From Marinicella sp. (lineage in GTDB: Bacteria; Pseudomonadota; Gammaproteobacteria; Xanthomonadales; Marinicellaceae), in contig OZ246001.1 of assembly GCA_965230295.1 (NCBI GenBank), positions 384,001 through 448,000 on the forward strand: DNA of 64,000 nucleotides. Reading direction: 5' to 3'. The translations under genes were made by a program, and so were the position numbers. A model generated the notes under the pieces. It ran no database searches and was not told the origin of the DNA. It worked only from the letters and a program-made list of their open reading frames with translations. Shown in pieces: positions 61,427 through 64,000 of this stretch (position 1 is its first letter; every line of letters begins with the position of its first letter).

Positions 61427-62938
61427 TTAATCAAACCCATCCATGTAGATGACATCAGGCTGCCATTCATAGGCCCCTAAATCGGGCAACAGGTACCGCA
61501 TCACACCCCGCTGATCATGATCGGTAGATTGATTGCCATTGGCCTGCGCTATGCCTGGAGAAATGAATGTAGTGGCCATGGTGGGTGTGTGACCACCATT
61601 GTAGGCAGGGTTGCTTAAAACCGGATCAGCCCACAGGGTAACTGGCGTGGCTTGCACTTCGGTTTGACCATTGGGCCTGGTTTGCGGAAATTGCAGGTTA
61701 TCAATACCACCTATTGGATTCAAGACATTCCATGGGTTGAACACATTGCCACCAGTGTTGTTGGCCAATATGCTGTTGTACATGGCAGCTTGGTTACTGG
61801 CTCCAATAGAAATGCCTCCAGCAAAACACACATCACAAGGGGCATGGTTATCAACTATGGTGACATGTCTGAGCACCACCGCTGCCGAACCATCAATTGA
61901 CATCCCGCCACCTAATGTGTTGGTGGCCACATTGCCGAAAACTGTGCTGTTACGCATTTCGCCATTGGCACCTGGCCCAAAAAACAAACCACCGGCGCCG
62001 CGAGCTGAATTCTCAATAAAACTGCTGCGATCAATGATGAATGGGCCACCTTGAATATAAGCCCCGCCAGCGAGACCAAAATCCTGTGGGTTGGTGTTGT
62101 TTTCAAAAAGCACATCGGTAAAGGCAGACAGGCTGTTTTGGTCATACATGACTGAGAAAAAGCCAACGCCAAAAGCATTGGCTGTGTTGTTGATGATTTG
62201 GGTCCGACAAATGTTGATGGTTCTCTCTGCCCCGTCAACCCCAATGGCACCGGCATTGCCTCCATTGCCAGGGTTGCCACTGTTGCCAGTTGCTGCGTTG
62301 CCATCAAACACAGAATCGGTGATGCGAATTTCATCACTACCCAATGAATAGAAAGCACCACCATTGGAGCCAGAATTGTTGACGAAGGTAGAACCACTGA
62401 TCAACACCTGATCCATGCCTATGGCATAAATGGCACCGCCCCCGCCATCTTGCTCGACCTGGATGGCATGGTTGTTTTCAAAATGGACATTGATCACTTC
62501 TAAATTGACTGCTTGCCAAGGTCCACCGGAAGGTTTAAAAATAGCAGCTCCGCTTTCTGTTGCAGAGAAGCCATTAATCAATCTCATGTTTTGTACGGTG
62601 AAGGTGTAGAACAGATTTTGCGGGTTTTCAATCTGAAACAGGCGCAAAACATTGCTGCCATTCAGGGTGACCAGGCCGCCACCATCAATCACCACATCTT
62701 TGGTCACTGTTAAGGTGGCTATCAGGTTGATGTTAACTGGATTATTGCCCACATTGAAGCGAATCACACCGCCTTGATCGAGTGCATTTTGAATACCAGC
62801 CGTGGTCACAGATCCTGGGTTGCCATTGCCCAACACAATGGCCCCAGCCAAAGAACGTTCAGGGGTTGCTGTACAGTCTACCTGAGCCCAGGTATCAAGG
62901 CTTGCCACCAGTGTCAAAACAATCAATAAAATTCTCAT
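61427..62938 (-). CDS. Secreted beta-helix protein (Pmp-like GGAI/FxxN repeats, choice-of-anchor Q-like end)
   Basis: Signal peptide; GGAI and FxxN repeats; DQRG...DLGAYE; ends in DVIYMDGFD. Confidence 0.82.
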   Translation of the reverse strand: MRILLIVLTLVASLDTWAQVDCTATPERSLAGAIVLGNGNPGSVTTAGIQNALDQGGVIRFNVGNNPVNINLIATLTVTKDVVIDGGGLVTLNGSNVLRLFQIENPQNLFYTFTVQNMRLINGFSATESGAAIFKPSGGPWQAVNLEVINVHFENNHAIQVEQDGGGGAIYAIGMDQVLISGSTFVNNSGSNGGAFYSLGSDEIRITDSVFDGNAATGNSGNPGNGGNAGAIGVDGAERTINICRTQIINNTANAFGVGFFSVMYDQNSLSAFTDVLFENNTNPQDFGLAGGAYIQGGPFIIDRSSFIENSARGAGGLFFGPGANGEMRNSTVFGNVATNTLGGGMSIDGSAAVVLRHVTIVDNHAPCDVCFAGGISIGASNQAAMYNSILANNTGGNVFNPWNVLNPIGGIDNLQFPQTRPNGQTEVQATPVTLWADPVLSNPAYNGGHTPTMATTFISPGIAQANGNQSTDHDQRGVMRYLLPDLGAYEWQPDVIYMDGFD

Positions 62939-63197
62939 CTGCTTAGTCTAACTGCAATCGGTGAATTAAATCATGAAGAACCTCACAATATAACCTGTCT
63001 GGTAAAGAATCGTGATCTATTCAACATTATTTACTAACAGGTCGAGCCCTGATTCTATATTTTTGTATATGATTTTGTGAGCCCCGTCTCTTTATATAGG
63101 TGCTACCTGTGCTATGTTAAATGAATCATCATAATTAGACTGAGTGTGTTTAGGCAATGGCTTGAGTGTGTTGGTTGACAACTGCGCGAGGCAAATA

Positions 63198-64000
63198 ATG
63201 AACAAGCTCATCACTACAGCCCTTTTAATCATCACTGTGACTGCTTCTGTCCGAGCAGTCGAAACACTGATCAAAAATGACTCTTTGGTCGATTTCAGCA
63301 GTGGCAACATCCAACTGGGCTTCGTAGCCAATGAATCTGCAGCAGCTTGGTTAGAAGCTCCTTGTGATGGTGATTTGATTGCTGTCCAGGTTTTTTGGCG
63401 CTCGGCGAATGTCAACACAGCACCTTCTATTGAACAAGGCATCACCATATCTACTGCAGGTGTTTTTCCTGAGCCAGGTGAATCTCTAGAAAACATTGTC
63501 GGCACAGTTCTCAATGATGGTGTATTCAATGAATACCGATTTCTGGATGAAAACAATGTGGTTCCATTGATCGTACCTGTCACTGCTGGCGAGACCTATG
63601 TGGTGTCGTTTCAGTTTGAGAACACACCCACCGCCTCAGGCGCCAGTTTGGTGACTGATACCGACGGCTGTCAAACAGGTAAAAATGCCATCTTTGCCAT
63701 ACCACCTAATGTCTGGTTTGACAGCTGCCTGCTGGGAGTGACAGGAGATTTTGTGATCAGGGCTGTGGTTGATTGTCCAGTGGTGACTAACGAAGTGGAT
63801 CTGTCGGTTATTCAAACCGCCAATCCGGTCAGTTATACGGCTGGCCAAGATTTATCCTTCCAAATTACAGTCAGTAACTCAGGTCCAGCATCAGCCAACG
63901 CCACCAGTGTGATTGATTTCTTTCCTGCCCAATTATCAGGCGTTGATTGGATCTGTACACCCAACAATGGCGCCACCTGTAACAACGCCATTGGCAGTGG
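63198..64000 (+). CDS. Secreted DUF11-domain protein (3' end runs off the window)
   Basis: Manual translation MNKLITTALLIITVTASVRA...VDLSVIQTANPVSYTAGQDLSFQITVSNSGPASA; RBS GAGG; open to the window end. Confidence 0.8.
   Translation, partial: MNKLITTALLIITVTASVRAVETLIKNDSLVDFSSGNIQLGFVANESAAAWLEAPCDGDLIAVQVFWRSANVNTAPSIEQGITISTAGVFPEPGESLENIVGTVLNDGVFNEYRFLDENNVVPLIVPVTAGETYVVSFQFENTPTASGASLVTDTDGCQTGKNAIFAIPPNVWFDSCLLGVTGDFVIRAVVDCPVVTNEVDLSVIQTANPVSYTAGQDLSFQITVSNSGPASANATSVIDFFPAQLSGVDWICTPNNGATCNNAIGS

Noticed and set aside
63092-63848. Minus-strand ORFs 63092-63583 and 63636-63848
   Set aside because: Antisense to the real plus-strand secreted DUF11 gene starting at 63198
1-64000. CRISPR arrays, tRNA/rRNA genes, integron cassette arrays
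   Set aside because: No regularly spaced repeats, cloverleaf-like segments or attC arrays were seen by eye, and intergenic gaps are short; tRNAscan/Infernal were not run

Overview
A 64-kb stretch of a marine-type gammaproteobacterial chromosome. Gene content and order resemble Xanthomonadales/Marinicella-like organisms (inference). Most of it is housekeeping: trmJ/suhB, yajC-secDF, ispG, the sdhCDAB-sdhE-ygfX operon with an untracked DUF1674 assembly factor, ygfZ, a 3-gene 2-oxoacid oxidoreductase cluster, ppsR/ppsA, prmB-aroC-asd-fimV-truA-trpFBA-accD-folC, psd and ubiEJB. Several secreted proteins are interspersed. The main accessory feature is a complete, AT-rich, 6958-bp IS1595-family cargo transposon (2228-9185), bounded by 23-bp terminal inverted repeats and a perfect 8-bp target-site duplication (ACAGAAAT). 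It carries a four-gene module: a MerR-type HTH regulator divergent from an operon of DNA adenine methyltransferase, ParB-like protein and Mrr-like endonuclease. The module appears to be driven by a 40-bp perfect palindrome that forms identical sigma70 promoters on both strands, making it a candidate undescribed RM/defence-like system. Other points of note are two copies of a modular MITE-like repeat rich in GNA-triloop hairpins, a SuhB lacking its catalytic aspartates, a shared C-terminal DxI(F/Y)xDGF(E/D) tail on unrelated secreted proteins, a second trpF paralog and an FNR-type promoter upstream of a usp gene. No rRNA, tRNA or CRISPR array was seen.
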